Shown here: piece after piece, positions 9,100 through 18,659 of the stretch | Numbering within the stretch: position 1 is the first letter of the stretch | Layout of the letters: every line of letters begins with the position of its first letter | Source of the DNA: Bdellovibrionales bacterium | Lineage (GTDB): Bacteria > Pseudomonadota > Alphaproteobacteria > Micavibrionales > UBA2020 | Assembly: GCA_038247245.1 (NCBI GenBank) | Contig: JBBRVE010000004.1 | Span: forward strand, 22,485-86,484 | DNA length: 64,000 nucleotides | Direction of reading: 5' to 3' | The notes under the pieces: model-generated | What the model was told of the DNA's origin: nothing | Database searches by the model: none | The model's input: the letters and a program-made list of their open reading frames with translations, nothing else | Translations under genes and position numbers: made by a program

Positions 9100-11414
9100 T
9101 ATTTCACGTGCTCATGCTCGAGTTCGGGCCCCGCACCGGGTTCCGGCGGCTTGCCGGGTTTTGACGGCGGATATTCGAAGGCCAGCTTGCCATCCTTGAT
9201 CGCAATCTTGACCGCGCCACCCTTGACGAGGCGGCCGAACAGCAATTCTTCGGCGAGCGGTTTTTTGACGTGCTCCTGAATGACGCGGCCGAGCGGGCGT
9301 GCGCCCATCGCGGGGTCGTAGCCTTTCTTGCCGAGCCATTGGCGCGCTTCGGATGTCAGCTCGATCGTGACGCCGCGGTCGCCCAGTTGCGCCTCCAGCT
9401 GCATGATGAATTTGTCGACAACGCGGCCGATCGTCGCCGGCGACAGCGCCTTGAACGGGATCACAGCATCAAGACGGTTGCGGAATTCGGGCGTGAAGGT
9501 GCGGTTGATCGCTTCTTCATCGTCGCCTTCGCGGTGCGTGCGCTCGAAGCCCATCGTTGCTTTCGCCATGTCGGATGCGCCGGCATTTGTCGTCATGATC
9601 AGGATAATATTGCGGCAATCGACGGTCTTGCCGTTATTGTCGGTGATTTTGCCGTAGTCCATCACCTGCAGCAGGATGTTGAACAAATCCGGATGCGCCT
9701 TTTCGATTTCGTCAAGCAGCACGACCGAATGCGGGTGCTGGTCGATTTTGTCGGTCAGCATGCCGCCCTGATCAAAACCCACATAGCCGGGAGGTGCGCC
9801 GATCAGGCGCGACACCGAATGGCGTTCCATGTATTCGGACATGTCAAAGCGCGTCAGTTCCACGCCCAGCGATTTCGCCAGCTGGCGTGCGACTTCGGTT
9901 TTACCGACCCCCGTGGGGCCGGAGAACAAATACGAACCAATCGGTTTTTCCGGTTCGCGCAGGCCAGCGCGGGACAATTTAATGGCAGATGTCAGCGCCT
10001 CGATTGCCTGATCCTGCCCGAAGACGAGCGTGCGCAGGTCGCGCTCCAGATTGGCCAGCGCTTCCTTGTCGTCCTTGCTGATCGTTTTTGGCGGGATGCG
10101 GGCGATTTTCGATACTGTCGCCTCGATATCCGAAAGGCCAATCACCTTTTTGCGTTTGTCTTCGGTCAGCAGCATTTGCGCAGCGCCCGCTTCGTCAATC
10201 ACATCGATTGCCTTGTCGGGCAATTTGCGGTCGCCGATATAGCGCGCGGACAATTCAACCGCCGCCCGGATGGCTTCTTCGGAATAGGTGACCTTGTGGT
10301 GTTCTTCGTAATAGGGCTTCAGACCCTTCAGGATGCGGATTGCATCTTCGATAGAGGGTTCGTTCACATCGATCTTCTGGAAGCGCCGCACCAGCGCGCG
10401 GTCTTTTTCGAAGTGGTTGCGGTATTCTTTATAAGTGGTCGAGCCGATACAGCGCAGCGTGCCTGATGACAGCGACGGTTTCAGCAGGTTCGACGCATCC
10501 ATCGCGCCGCCGGAGGTTGCGCCCGCGCCGATCACGGTATGGATTTCGTCGATAAACAAAATCGCCCCCTCGATGGCCTGCAATTCGGTGATGACCGCCT
10601 TGATGCGCTCCTCGAAATCGCCGCGATAACGCGTGCCCGCCAGCAGGCTGCCCATGTCGAGCGAATAGATCGTGCAGTTTTTCAGCACTTCCGGCACATC
10701 GTTTTCGGTGATGCGGCGCGCAAGACCTTCGGCAATCGCGGTCTTGCCGACCCCCGGGTCGCCCACATAAAGCGGGTTGTTTTTGGAACGGCGGCACAGC
10801 ACCTGAATGGTGCGGTCGACTTCACTTTCGCGGCCGATCAGCGGGTCAATCTTGCCGTTAATCGCCTTGTTGTTCAGGTTCACGCAATAGGCGTCGAGCG
10901 CCTCGCGGCCTTTTTTGATGACGTTTTCTTCCTGTGCGTCGTCATTCGCGCCATGCACGGTGCGCGCCTCCGCCTGACCCGGCACCTTGGCGATGCCATG
11001 GGAGATATAATTGACGGCGTCAAAGCGGGTCATTTCCTGTTCCTGCAGGAAGAACACGGCATTGCTTTCACGTTCCGAGAACAGCGCGACCAGCACATTC
11101 GCGCCCGTCACTTCTTCGCGGCCCGATGATTGAACGTGAATCGCGGCGCGTTGCAGCACGCGCTGGAAACTCGATGTCGGCTTTGCTTCTTCGGATGCCG
11201 GATGCACAAGGTTCTGCAGTTCGGTGTCGATGTAATGCGACACTTCCTGCTTCAACAGGTCGAGATCCACGCCGCAGGCGCGCATGACAGCAACCGCGTC
11301 CTGATCATCGGTCAGCGCGAGAAGCAGATGTTCCAGCGTTGCAAATTCATGATGGCGCGCATTCGCATGGGCGAGCGCGCGGTGCAGCGTCTGTTCCAGT
11401 TGGCGTGAGAGCAT
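9099..11414 (-). CDS. clpA: ATP-dependent Clp protease ATP-binding subunit ClpA
   Basis: 771 aa. Clp_N repeat and two AAA modules (GDPGVGKTAIAEGLA; GPTGVGKTEVARQLA). Lies downstream of clpS. Confidence 0.95.
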   Translation of the reverse strand: MLSRQLEQTLHRALAHANARHHEFATLEHLLLALTDDQDAVAVMRACGVDLDLLKQEVSHYIDTELQNLVHPASEEAKPTSSFQRVLQRAAIHVQSSGREEVTGANVLVALFSERESNAVFFLQEQEMTRFDAVNYISHGIAKVPGQAEARTVHGANDDAQEENVIKKGREALDAYCVNLNNKAINGKIDPLIGRESEVDRTIQVLCRRSKNNPLYVGDPGVGKTAIAEGLARRITENDVPEVLKNCTIYSLDMGSLLAGTRYRGDFEERIKAVITELQAIEGAILFIDEIHTVIGAGATSGGAMDASNLLKPSLSSGTLRCIGSTTYKEYRNHFEKDRALVRRFQKIDVNEPSIEDAIRILKGLKPYYEEHHKVTYSEEAIRAAVELSARYIGDRKLPDKAIDVIDEAGAAQMLLTEDKRKKVIGLSDIEATVSKIARIPPKTISKDDKEALANLERDLRTLVFGQDQAIEALTSAIKLSRAGLREPEKPIGSYLFSGPTGVGKTEVARQLAKSLGVELTRFDMSEYMERHSVSRLIGAPPGYVGFDQGGMLTDKIDQHPHSVVLLDEIEKAHPDLFNILLQVMDYGKITDNNGKTVDCRNIILIMTTNAGASDMAKATMGFERTHREGDDEEAINRTFTPEFRNRLDAVIPFKALSPATIGRVVDKFIMQLEAQLGDRGVTIELTSEARQWLGKKGYDPAMGARPLGRVIQEHVKKPLAEELLFGRLVKGGAVKIAIKDGKLAFEYPPSKPGKPPEPGAGPELEHEHVK

Positions 11415-11431
11415 ATTGTTATCCCCCTGTT

Positions 11432-11491
11432 ATTCTTTCTCCGACGGCGGTGCCGTCCATTCTTTCTCCGACGGCGGTGCCGTCATTCTTT
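11432..11491. repeat. Tandem 27/26-bp duplication (plus a partial third copy) in the clpS-clpA junction, each unit carrying a GACGGC-ggt-GCCGTC hairpin
   Basis: attctttctccgacggcggtgccgtcc (11432-11458), attctttctccgacggcggtgccgtc (11459-11484), then attcttt. The clpS stop lies at the junction of the second copy and the partial third copy. Confidence 0.8.
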
Positions 11492-11893
11492 TTCCATCGT
11501 GCATTGCAATGGATATTCATTCTTGCGCGCGTAATCCATGACGAGGTTCACTTTGGTTTCCGCTACTTCATAAGTATAGGTCCCGCAGACGCCAACGCCA
11601 CGGCGATGGATCTGGAGCATGACCTCGATCGCTTCTTGCTTATTCTTGCTGAAAAACTTTTCTAAAACGTGAACAACGAACTCTTGGGTCGTATAATCGT
11701 CATTTAACAGAAGAACGCGGTACATAGAGGGCTTTTTGGTGGTCGCACGGGTACGCGTCATCACGCCGACATCGGTACGCCCCGGGCGGCCTGTGTCCCT
11801 GTCATCGTCGCCTGCGGCGACAGCCTTTAATCTGTCATTTCCTGCTGTCATGGTGGTTTTGAGCCGTTTCACGCCAGAATCCCTGAATTTCAT
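11483..11893 (-). CDS. clpS: ATP-dependent Clp protease adaptor ClpS
   Basis: Core [24 protein letters not shown]...[25 protein letters not shown]. Start uncertain: Met1 at 11893, Met15 at 11851 or Met45 at 11761. Confidence 0.85.
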   Translation of the reverse strand: MKFRDSGVKRLKTTMTAGNDRLKAVAAGDDDRDTGRPGRTDVGVMTRTRATTKKPSMYRVLLLNDDYTTQEFVVHVLEKFFSKNKQEAIEVMLQIHRRGVGVCGTYTYEVAETKVNLVMDYARKNEYPLQCTMEKE

Positions 11894-12053
11894 ACCCTAG
11901 AATATAGTACATCCCCCCTTTTAAGGGTATCCCTGTCGAAAAAAGGGTAAAAAACGCTTTACGCCGCCCAATGATTCCCATAAGGTCCATAAATCAACAA
12001 CGAATCCGGGTAATAAAATATCCCGGCATACATTTACAGACGGAGTTTGCAGG

Positions 12054-13304
12054 ATGAAACCGGGCAAGCCGATGAAGAGCAAGTTGCGTAACTTTGTACT
12101 GGCGCTGGCGTTTAATGCCGCAGCCATCACCCCCGCACTCGCACAACGTCCCGCAACAGATACGCGCCCCGATCGCTATGCCGCAATTGTGGTCGATGCG
12201 AATTCCGGCCGCGTGTTGTATGAACGCGACGCCACGCAGCAGCTTCATCCAGCCTCCACCGCCAAGATGATGACAGCATATCTGGTGTTTCAGGCCTTGA
12301 AAGAAGGGCGTTTGACGCCCGACCAGATGATCGATGTGTCCTATAACGCCGCATCGCAGCCGCGCACCAATCTTGCCCTGATGACCGCTACACGCAACCG
12401 GAACGGCAGCGTGAATTACCGCCAGAACACCACGCGGATCAGCGTCGAAAATGCGCTGAAAGGCATGCTGACCCATTCCGCGAACGATGCCGCCGTCGTG
12501 TTGGCCGAGGCACTGGGCGGAACGGAAAGCAATTTTGCGACCCTGATGACCGCACAGGCACAAAACCTTGGCATGACCGGCACGCGCTACACAAATCCCA
12601 ACGGCCTGCCCGATCCGCGCCAGCACACCACGGTCGAGGATCTGGCCCTGCTGTCGCGCGCTATTTTGCGTGATTTCCCTGAATACCAACACTATTTTGC
12701 CCTTCCAAGCTTCAGTTTCAACGGCAATACATGGAACAATACCAACAAGCTTTTGGGAGCCTATGAAGGCCTCGATATGGGCAAAACCGGCTATATCAAT
12801 TCGTCGGGCTGGAACCTGGCGGCGTCGGCGCAGCGCGGCACACAGCGCGTGATCGGGGTCGTGTTTGGCGCGCGCACACCGGCTGAGCGCGGTCTGGATA
12901 TGCAGCGCCTGCTCGATTTCGGGTTCCAGAAGCTGGAAAACCCGCTGGCACGGTTCCGCTTCGGCCGCGACAACGGCCCGAGCGGCGAGCGTTACGTCAT
13001 GCTGCCCCCGCCCGTGACCGTTTCGCCCGACAGCATTATGCAGGCGCAGCCCAATATCGCTCCCGACACCTCCGAACGTGCGCCGCTGTTCCCGATCCGC
13101 GTCGCAAGATCGTATTTCACCCCCGCCTTCAACGCAGCTGTGTCGCCCTTTACGCCGCCGCAGGCTGAAACACGCAACACGCTGACGCCCGGCGAAGGCA
13201 ACGGCAATGATCAGCCCGGCGGTCAGGACAAGGATACCCTACCCAAAGCAGTTGTCCCGCGCGGCGGCAGCGAATGGCGCCCCAAGCCTCCTGCGCACGC
13301 CTGA
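12054..13304 (+). CDS. D-alanyl-D-alanine carboxypeptidase (serine peptidase, PBP5/6 type)
   Basis: Signal peptide. SxxK (STAKMM), SxN (HSANDAA) and KTG (KTGYINSSG) boxes. Pro-rich C-terminal tail. Confidence 0.85.
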   Translation: MKPGKPMKSKLRNFVLALAFNAAAITPALAQRPATDTRPDRYAAIVVDANSGRVLYERDATQQLHPASTAKMMTAYLVFQALKEGRLTPDQMIDVSYNAASQPRTNLALMTATRNRNGSVNYRQNTTRISVENALKGMLTHSANDAAVVLAEALGGTESNFATLMTAQAQNLGMTGTRYTNPNGLPDPRQHTTVEDLALLSRAILRDFPEYQHYFALPSFSFNGNTWNNTNKLLGAYEGLDMGKTGYINSSGWNLAASAQRGTQRVIGVVFGARTPAERGLDMQRLLDFGFQKLENPLARFRFGRDNGPSGERYVMLPPPVTVSPDSIMQAQPNIAPDTSERAPLFPIRVARSYFTPAFNAAVSPFTPPQAETRNTLTPGEGNGNDQPGGQDKDTLPKAVVPRGGSEWRPKPPAHA

Positions 13305-13434
13305 AACCATCCCCGGCTGTGGGTATCTTGTGAATTTGGCGGAATATTCGTCAAACCTCGCTAGACAAACAGCCCCCTGAGACCGATAATAAATGTAAGG
13401 GGATATTGGTTTTTTTTCGGGGAAAAATGCGCGG

Positions 13435-15129
13435 ATGCAGGGTGTCGTAACCAGCCGCAAATCAGGATTTTTGCAAAAACTGCTGATGGCGGTCGTGGCT
13501 GCAGGCATCTTCATGTCCGTGCCCGCCAGCCCGACTTATGCCGGCATCACCAAATATACCGGCCAGAACAGCAAAAAGAAAAAGACCCGGACATCCAAAG
13601 CTGCAGCCAAGCCACAGCCCGACCGTTACGGATCAATCGTGATCGACGCGCAATCGGGTTATGTCTTGAGCGAGAAAAACCCCGACAAAAAACTGTTCCC
13701 CGCGTCGCTCACGAAAATGATGACGTTGTACCTGACATTCGAGGCGATTGAAAAAGGCACGCTGACCAAATACCAGCGCATCCCCGTTTCCGCGAACGCG
13801 CAATACCAGCCGCCGTCCAAACTGGGGCTGGAGGCCGGATATTCGATCCGGGTGGAGGACGGTATCCTTGCGCTCGTCACCCGTTCCGCGAATGACGCGG
13901 CGGTTGTGCTGGGCGAAGCGCTGGGCGGTTCTGAATCACGCTTTGCGCGCCTGATGACGTTCAAGGCGCAGCAGCTGGGCATGCGCAACACGCGTTTTGC
14001 CAACGCCTCCGGCCTGCACGACCCCGAACAATATTCCAGCCCGCGCGACATGGCGATATTGGCGCAGGCGTTGATGCGCGATTTCCCGCGTTACTACCGT
14101 TATTTCAGCACGCCCAGCTTTACCTATAACGGCATCACCTCGCTCAACCACAATAAACTGATGGCCACATATCCCGGCATGGACGGATTGAAAACCGGCT
14201 ATGTCTATGCCTCGGGCTATAACCTCACCGCTTCCGCCGTGCAAAATAACAAGCGCTTGATCGGCGTTGTGTTCGGCGGGCGCACCTCCGCCTCGCGCAA
14301 CAGCACGATGCGCGATTTGCTGGATGCCGGTTTCGAGCGCATGAAGGACGCGCGCGTGCTGGCCGCCATCGACAAGCGTCTGGAGACGGCGCGGGGCGGA
14401 TTGCCCAAGCGCAAGCCGACACCCACCGCCAAGGCGGAACCCACACGCATGCAGCCGCGCACCGCGCGCACGCAAACCAATCTTGACGCCCCGAGCTTCA
14501 GCCCCATGGGCATGAGCACCGAAGAGGGCGACGCGCAGGAACTGGCGGCCCTCGCCGACGACGCGGCCCAGGCAGGCGACACGATGCCGGAGGGTGCAGC
14601 CCCCAGATCCGCCTTCAAGACCGAGCCGCAATCCGTCGGCGGCACGGCGTTGCCGCCCATGACCGCGCGCGTCCTGTCGCCGCTGCCGCGTAAAGCCCCC
14701 GCCGCCGCGCAAAAGCCCGCCGCGACGCCGCAAACCGCCATGGCCAGCCGCAACATCCTGTCACCCAGCGCGATGAAGCCCGTGCCGGTAATCTCGACCC
14801 ATTTGAACGCGCTGGCGCCCGCGCCTGTTACCCCCACTGCCGCGACGCCCGCTGCATCTGCTCCTGCTGCGATGGCATCCGCCGCGGGCGGCGCATGGGC
14901 GGTGCAGATCGGCGCTTTCTCCGACCAGAACGCCGGCATGACGGCGCTGAAATCGGCGCATCAAAAACTGCCCGCCACATTGACCGCAAAGACCCGTTAT
15001 ATTATTGCGCCCTTGCAAACCAACCGGGGCGTGATTTACCGCGCAAGGCTGTCGGGGCTTGAACAGGCCGAAGCCGCCTCTGCCTGCAGGTTATTACAGG
15101 GCGCCTGCATTGTGATGGCCGTACAGTAA
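13435..15129 (+). CDS. D-alanyl-D-alanine carboxypeptidase with a long Ala/Pro linker and a C-terminal SPOR domain
   Basis: SLTKMM, RSANDAA and KTGYVYASG boxes. C-terminal WAVQIGAFSDQNAGMTALKS...YRARLSGL resembles a SPOR peptidoglycan-binding domain. Tandem paralogue of 12054-13304. Confidence 0.85.
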   Translation: MQGVVTSRKSGFLQKLLMAVVAAGIFMSVPASPTYAGITKYTGQNSKKKKTRTSKAAAKPQPDRYGSIVIDAQSGYVLSEKNPDKKLFPASLTKMMTLYLTFEAIEKGTLTKYQRIPVSANAQYQPPSKLGLEAGYSIRVEDGILALVTRSANDAAVVLGEALGGSESRFARLMTFKAQQLGMRNTRFANASGLHDPEQYSSPRDMAILAQALMRDFPRYYRYFSTPSFTYNGITSLNHNKLMATYPGMDGLKTGYVYASGYNLTASAVQNNKRLIGVVFGGRTSASRNSTMRDLLDAGFERMKDARVLAAIDKRLETARGGLPKRKPTPTAKAEPTRMQPRTARTQTNLDAPSFSPMGMSTEEGDAQELAALADDAAQAGDTMPEGAAPRSAFKTEPQSVGGTALPPMTARVLSPLPRKAPAAAQKPAATPQTAMASRNILSPSAMKPVPVISTHLNALAPAPVTPTAATPAASAPAAMASAAGGAWAVQIGAFSDQNAGMTALKSAHQKLPATLTAKTRYIIAPLQTNRGVIYRARLSGLEQAEAASACRLLQGACIVMAVQ

Positions 15130-15208
15130 CTACGGCGAAAATTTATACAGCAAAAACAGCACTGCATTCCTCTCGGGAACTATTACTTCTGGAAAGGGTT
15201 TGTAAGCC

Positions 15209-15508
15209 ATGAATACGCCTATACCAACAGAAACGATACGCGTTATCGTCCACGGATTTGTGCAGGGTGTCAGTTACAGGCGCTGGTTGCAGGATCAGGC
15301 GATCGAGCGCGGTATCTATGGATGGGTACGCAACCGGTCGGACGGCAGCGTCGAAGCGTTGCTGCATGGCGATGCGCGCATCGTGGATGACATGGTGCGC
15401 GCCTGCCGCCACGGGCCCGACCTTGCAAGGGTTGACAAAGTCCACAGCGAACCAGCACAGTACGACGGCATCCAAGATTTCCGCATCGAGCAAACTGTAC
15501 CGGTATAA
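15209..15508 (+). CDS. acyP: Acylphosphatase
   Basis: 99 aa. VHGFVQGVSYRRW and GWVRNRSDGSVEA signatures. Confidence 0.85.
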   Translation: MNTPIPTETIRVIVHGFVQGVSYRRWLQDQAIERGIYGWVRNRSDGSVEALLHGDARIVDDMVRACRHGPDLARVDKVHSEPAQYDGIQDFRIEQTVPV

Positions 15509-15511
15509 ACC

Positions 15512-16081
15512 ATGCGCCTGACCATTTCCGCCGCCGCCCTGCTGCTGGGGCTTGCCGCGTTTTCTCAATCCGCCATCGCCGCCGATCCCTATGCCAATCC
15601 CTACGCGCCCGAAAGCTACGCCAAGCCGGAAATGAAGGCGAAGAAAAACCAGGTGCCGTTCCGCGAGGATTCAGGCCTGATCACCGCCGAATATTACCTG
15701 TCGACCGGAAAATATTCGCAAGCCCTCAGCGTCGTGAACGCCGTGCTATCGCGCCACCCGATGTCGGCCGATGCCTATACCTATCGCGGCTATGCCTATT
15801 ACCGCCTGGGCGACCGCAGAAAAGCGCGCGAGAATTTCGCCAAGGCCATCAGCATCAACCCGAAACATCTGGGCGCGAACCGCTACATCGCGCAAAGCTT
15901 CCTGGATGCGGGCGACCTTGCCCGCGCGCTGGAGCAAATGCAGGTCATCCGCCTCACCTGCGGCGATTCAAGCTGCGAGGAACTGGACGAGCTGCAGGCC
16001 GCCGTCAACCGCTACAAACGCGGACAGAAGGCGCAGGCCCAAGAACAGGCCAGCGACGATGACGAAGATTCCAAGGAATAA
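15512..16081 (+). CDS. Secreted TPR-repeat protein with an acidic tail
   Basis: Signal peptide MRLTISAAALLLGLAAFSQSAIA. TPR-like helices (YRGYAYYRLGDRRKARENFAKAISINP). Confidence 0.7.
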   Translation: MRLTISAAALLLGLAAFSQSAIAADPYANPYAPESYAKPEMKAKKNQVPFREDSGLITAEYYLSTGKYSQALSVVNAVLSRHPMSADAYTYRGYAYYRLGDRRKARENFAKAISINPKHLGANRYIAQSFLDAGDLARALEQMQVIRLTCGDSSCEELDELQAAVNRYKRGQKAQAQEQASDDDEDSKE

Positions 16082-16084
16082 AAA

Positions 16085-16951
16085 TCAGGGTGCAGGATTG
16101 CGCGGCGTTGTACCCGCAGCCGGGCGCGGCGCGCTTGCCACAGCGGGGCTGTCGCACCATGCGGTGAAGTCATTCATGATGTCGCGCAGGTTGGATTGCA
16201 GTTTTGCGAATTCGGGTTTCAGCACCAGCGTTTTTTCATCCATATACAGCGCGCGGTTGACCTCCACCTGAATGCTGTGGCGGGCATTGTCGGGGTCGCC
16301 GTGGCGGCGCACGATTTCCGCACCGCGATAACCTTGGGTATCGATCACGGCATTATAGCCCTTGGCCGCGAACAGGCTTTGCAGTTTCTCCGCAATTTCA
16401 GGCGCGCAGGTTTCGCCGTCGCGCGTGCCGATGGCGATATGATGCGGGTTGACGCCCGCGCCGCGATTTATGGTGGAGGGCATTGAATGCAAATTCAGGT
16501 GCACCGCCTTGCCATGGCGCGCATGGGCGTCGTCAATCATGTCGCGCAGTTTTTCGTGATAAGGCTGGTGATAATCCGCCACGCGGTTGAACACTTCGGA
16601 CAGCGTCAGCTTGCGGTCATAAATTTTCGCGGTGTGGCGCGGCGATATCACGCCCCGCACAAGGCTGCTATCGCCGCCTTCATATTCGGCGGCGCCATGC
16701 CCCACCAGAAAATCAGCACGGTTGGCATCGATATAGCTGCGCGGGAATTGCGCCTGCAGCAGCGGCACGCCAAGCGCAGGCAGGAAATTATAAAGCGCGT
16801 CAACCGCCATATCCTCGGCCTGCCGCAGCAAATGCAGGTCGCAGGCGTAATCGAAATCAACAGGGTAATCTTTCCCGCTATGCGGGCTGTCGGCCACCAC
16901 GCAGGATGCGGGGGTCGGGGGCAGGTCAATGCTGTACACATTTTTTGCCAC
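16085..16951 (-). CDS. N-formylglutamate amidohydrolase family protein
   Basis: 288 aa. DSPHSGKDYP near the N-terminus and HLNLHSMPS later, as I recall for the FGase family. Confidence 0.7.
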   Translation of the reverse strand: MAKNVYSIDLPPTPASCVVADSPHSGKDYPVDFDYACDLHLLRQAEDMAVDALYNFLPALGVPLLQAQFPRSYIDANRADFLVGHGAAEYEGGDSSLVRGVISPRHTAKIYDRKLTLSEVFNRVADYHQPYHEKLRDMIDDAHARHGKAVHLNLHSMPSTINRGAGVNPHHIAIGTRDGETCAPEIAEKLQSLFAAKGYNAVIDTQGYRGAEIVRRHGDPDNARHSIQVEVNRALYMDEKTLVLKPEFAKLQSNLRDIMNDFTAWCDSPAVASAPRPAAGTTPRNPAP

Positions 16952-17007
16952 GCGGAGAATCTGCCGTTATTGTTGAACAGCTGAAATTTTAGCGCGACAA
17001 CGGCGCG

Positions 17008-18483
17008 TTAGCCAGCCATTTTCGCAATCGTATTGGTGGTGGAGAAGCCTTCTTCCATGTCGGCGCGCACAACCTTGCCGCCCCAGCTCTGGATCAGGTC
17101 GTAACCGACGACTTCTTCCAGTTTATACTGGCCGCCCTTGACGAGCACATCGGGCTTCACGGCCTTCAGCATCTCGATCGGGGTGTCTTCGTCGAACACG
17201 ACGACGATATCGACCATTTCCAGCGCCGACAGAATTGCGGCCCGTGCCTGTTCATCCTGCACGGGGCGCTCGGGCCCTTTCAGCCGTTTCACGGATGCAT
17301 CGCTGTTGATGGCGACGACCAGATAATCGCAAGCCGCTTTTGCCTGACGCAGCGTTGCGATATGTCCTGGATGCAACAGGTCAAAGCAGCCATTCGTGAA
17401 ACCGATCTTGAAGCCGCGCGTGCGCCAGCGGTCGGCCTGTTCGGCGGCGCCGTCGCGCGTGGCAAATTTCGTCTTGCGCTGATAGGCCTGTTTTTCCATG
17501 GCGTAACCGCCGGAAATGGACGTCTCGATTTCTTCGGGACGCGCAACGGCGGTGCCGGGCTTGCCGACCACGATGCCGGCCGCGATGTTGGCGAGCAGCG
17601 CGGCATTGCGCAGCGGGATATTCGCGGCAACGGCGGAGGCAAAGGTCGCAATCACGGTATCGCCCGCGCCCGATACGTCGAACACTTCACGGACATTCGC
17701 AGGGATATGCAGCGGGTTTTCGTTATTCATGATCAGCGACATGCCATCCTTGCTGCGGGTCGCCAGCACGGCGGGTACGCTGCAATCGACGATAATTTTC
17801 ATCGCAGCGGCACGCGTTTCCTCGTCCGATCCCGCCTTCATGCCGGTTGCGGTTTCCAGTTCCTTGCGGTTCGGGGTGATGACCGACGCGCCGCGATAGC
17901 GCGTGAAATCCGATCCCTTGGGGTCGACGATCACCGGCTTGTTGTGGCGGCGCGCAATGTCGATCACGCGCGCGACCAGCGTTTCGGTCAGCAGGCCTTT
18001 TTTGTAGTCGGACAAAATGACCGCGCCCACGGTCGGGATAATGCTTTCGGCGCGGGCGACGATGCGGTCTTCGACATCGGCCGGAATGTTGACGGTTTTT
18101 TCGCGGTCCACGCGCAGCATCTGCTGCCCGCCGCAGACGAAGCGGCTTTTGACGGTCGTGAAACGGTCGGGTGATGTCTCCAGCTGCGCTTCCACGCCAA
18201 GCTCGCCCAGATGCTTGGCGATATCCGTGCCCGCGGCATCGTTGCCCACAACAGCCAGCAGCACAGCCTTGGCGCCCAGCGCCGCGATGTTGGCGACCAC
18301 GTTGCCGGCGCCGCCCAGCATATGCTTCTCCCGCTCCACCAGCAGGACGGGAATCGGCGCTTCGGGGGAAATCCGTTCGATCGCGCCATAGACAAACCGG
18401 TCGAGCATCACATCGCCAAGGCAAAGTACGCGTGATTGGGCGAGTTTTGTCAGGTCGTTAAAAAGGACTGAGTTTTCAATCAT
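17008..18483 (-). CDS. hldE: Bifunctional D-beta-D-heptose 7-phosphate kinase / heptose 1-phosphate adenylyltransferase
   Basis: N-terminal ribokinase-like domain (VLCLGDVMLDRFVYG; DVSGAGDTVIATFA) and C-terminal cytidylyltransferase (GFTNGCFDLLHPGHIATL). Confidence 0.9.
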   Translation of the reverse strand: MIENSVLFNDLTKLAQSRVLCLGDVMLDRFVYGAIERISPEAPIPVLLVEREKHMLGGAGNVVANIAALGAKAVLLAVVGNDAAGTDIAKHLGELGVEAQLETSPDRFTTVKSRFVCGGQQMLRVDREKTVNIPADVEDRIVARAESIIPTVGAVILSDYKKGLLTETLVARVIDIARRHNKPVIVDPKGSDFTRYRGASVITPNRKELETATGMKAGSDEETRAAAMKIIVDCSVPAVLATRSKDGMSLIMNNENPLHIPANVREVFDVSGAGDTVIATFASAVAANIPLRNAALLANIAAGIVVGKPGTAVARPEEIETSISGGYAMEKQAYQRKTKFATRDGAAEQADRWRTRGFKIGFTNGCFDLLHPGHIATLRQAKAACDYLVVAINSDASVKRLKGPERPVQDEQARAAILSALEMVDIVVVFDEDTPIEMLKAVKPDVLVKGGQYKLEEVVGYDLIQSWGGKVVRADMEEGFSTTNTIAKMAG

Positions 18484-18659
18484 ATGACCGCCGTACCGAT
18501 TGGTAATAATATTACAAAATTTTTATCATAATAAGGTATTCAACTCAAGTTCAAAAAGGTTTCAGCCAGACCTGCCATTTTAGCGAATTGTTAATGTCAC
18601 ATGGGTATTATGGAACTGTCACACGGATGTAACAAACGAAGAAAAAGGGCAGCGATCTT

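Noticed and set aside
13936-14939. 265-aa and 240-aa minus-strand ORFs
   Set aside because: They are antisense to the Ala/Pro-rich linker of the DD-carboxypeptidase/SPOR protein. GC-rich low-complexity DNA keeps all frames open.
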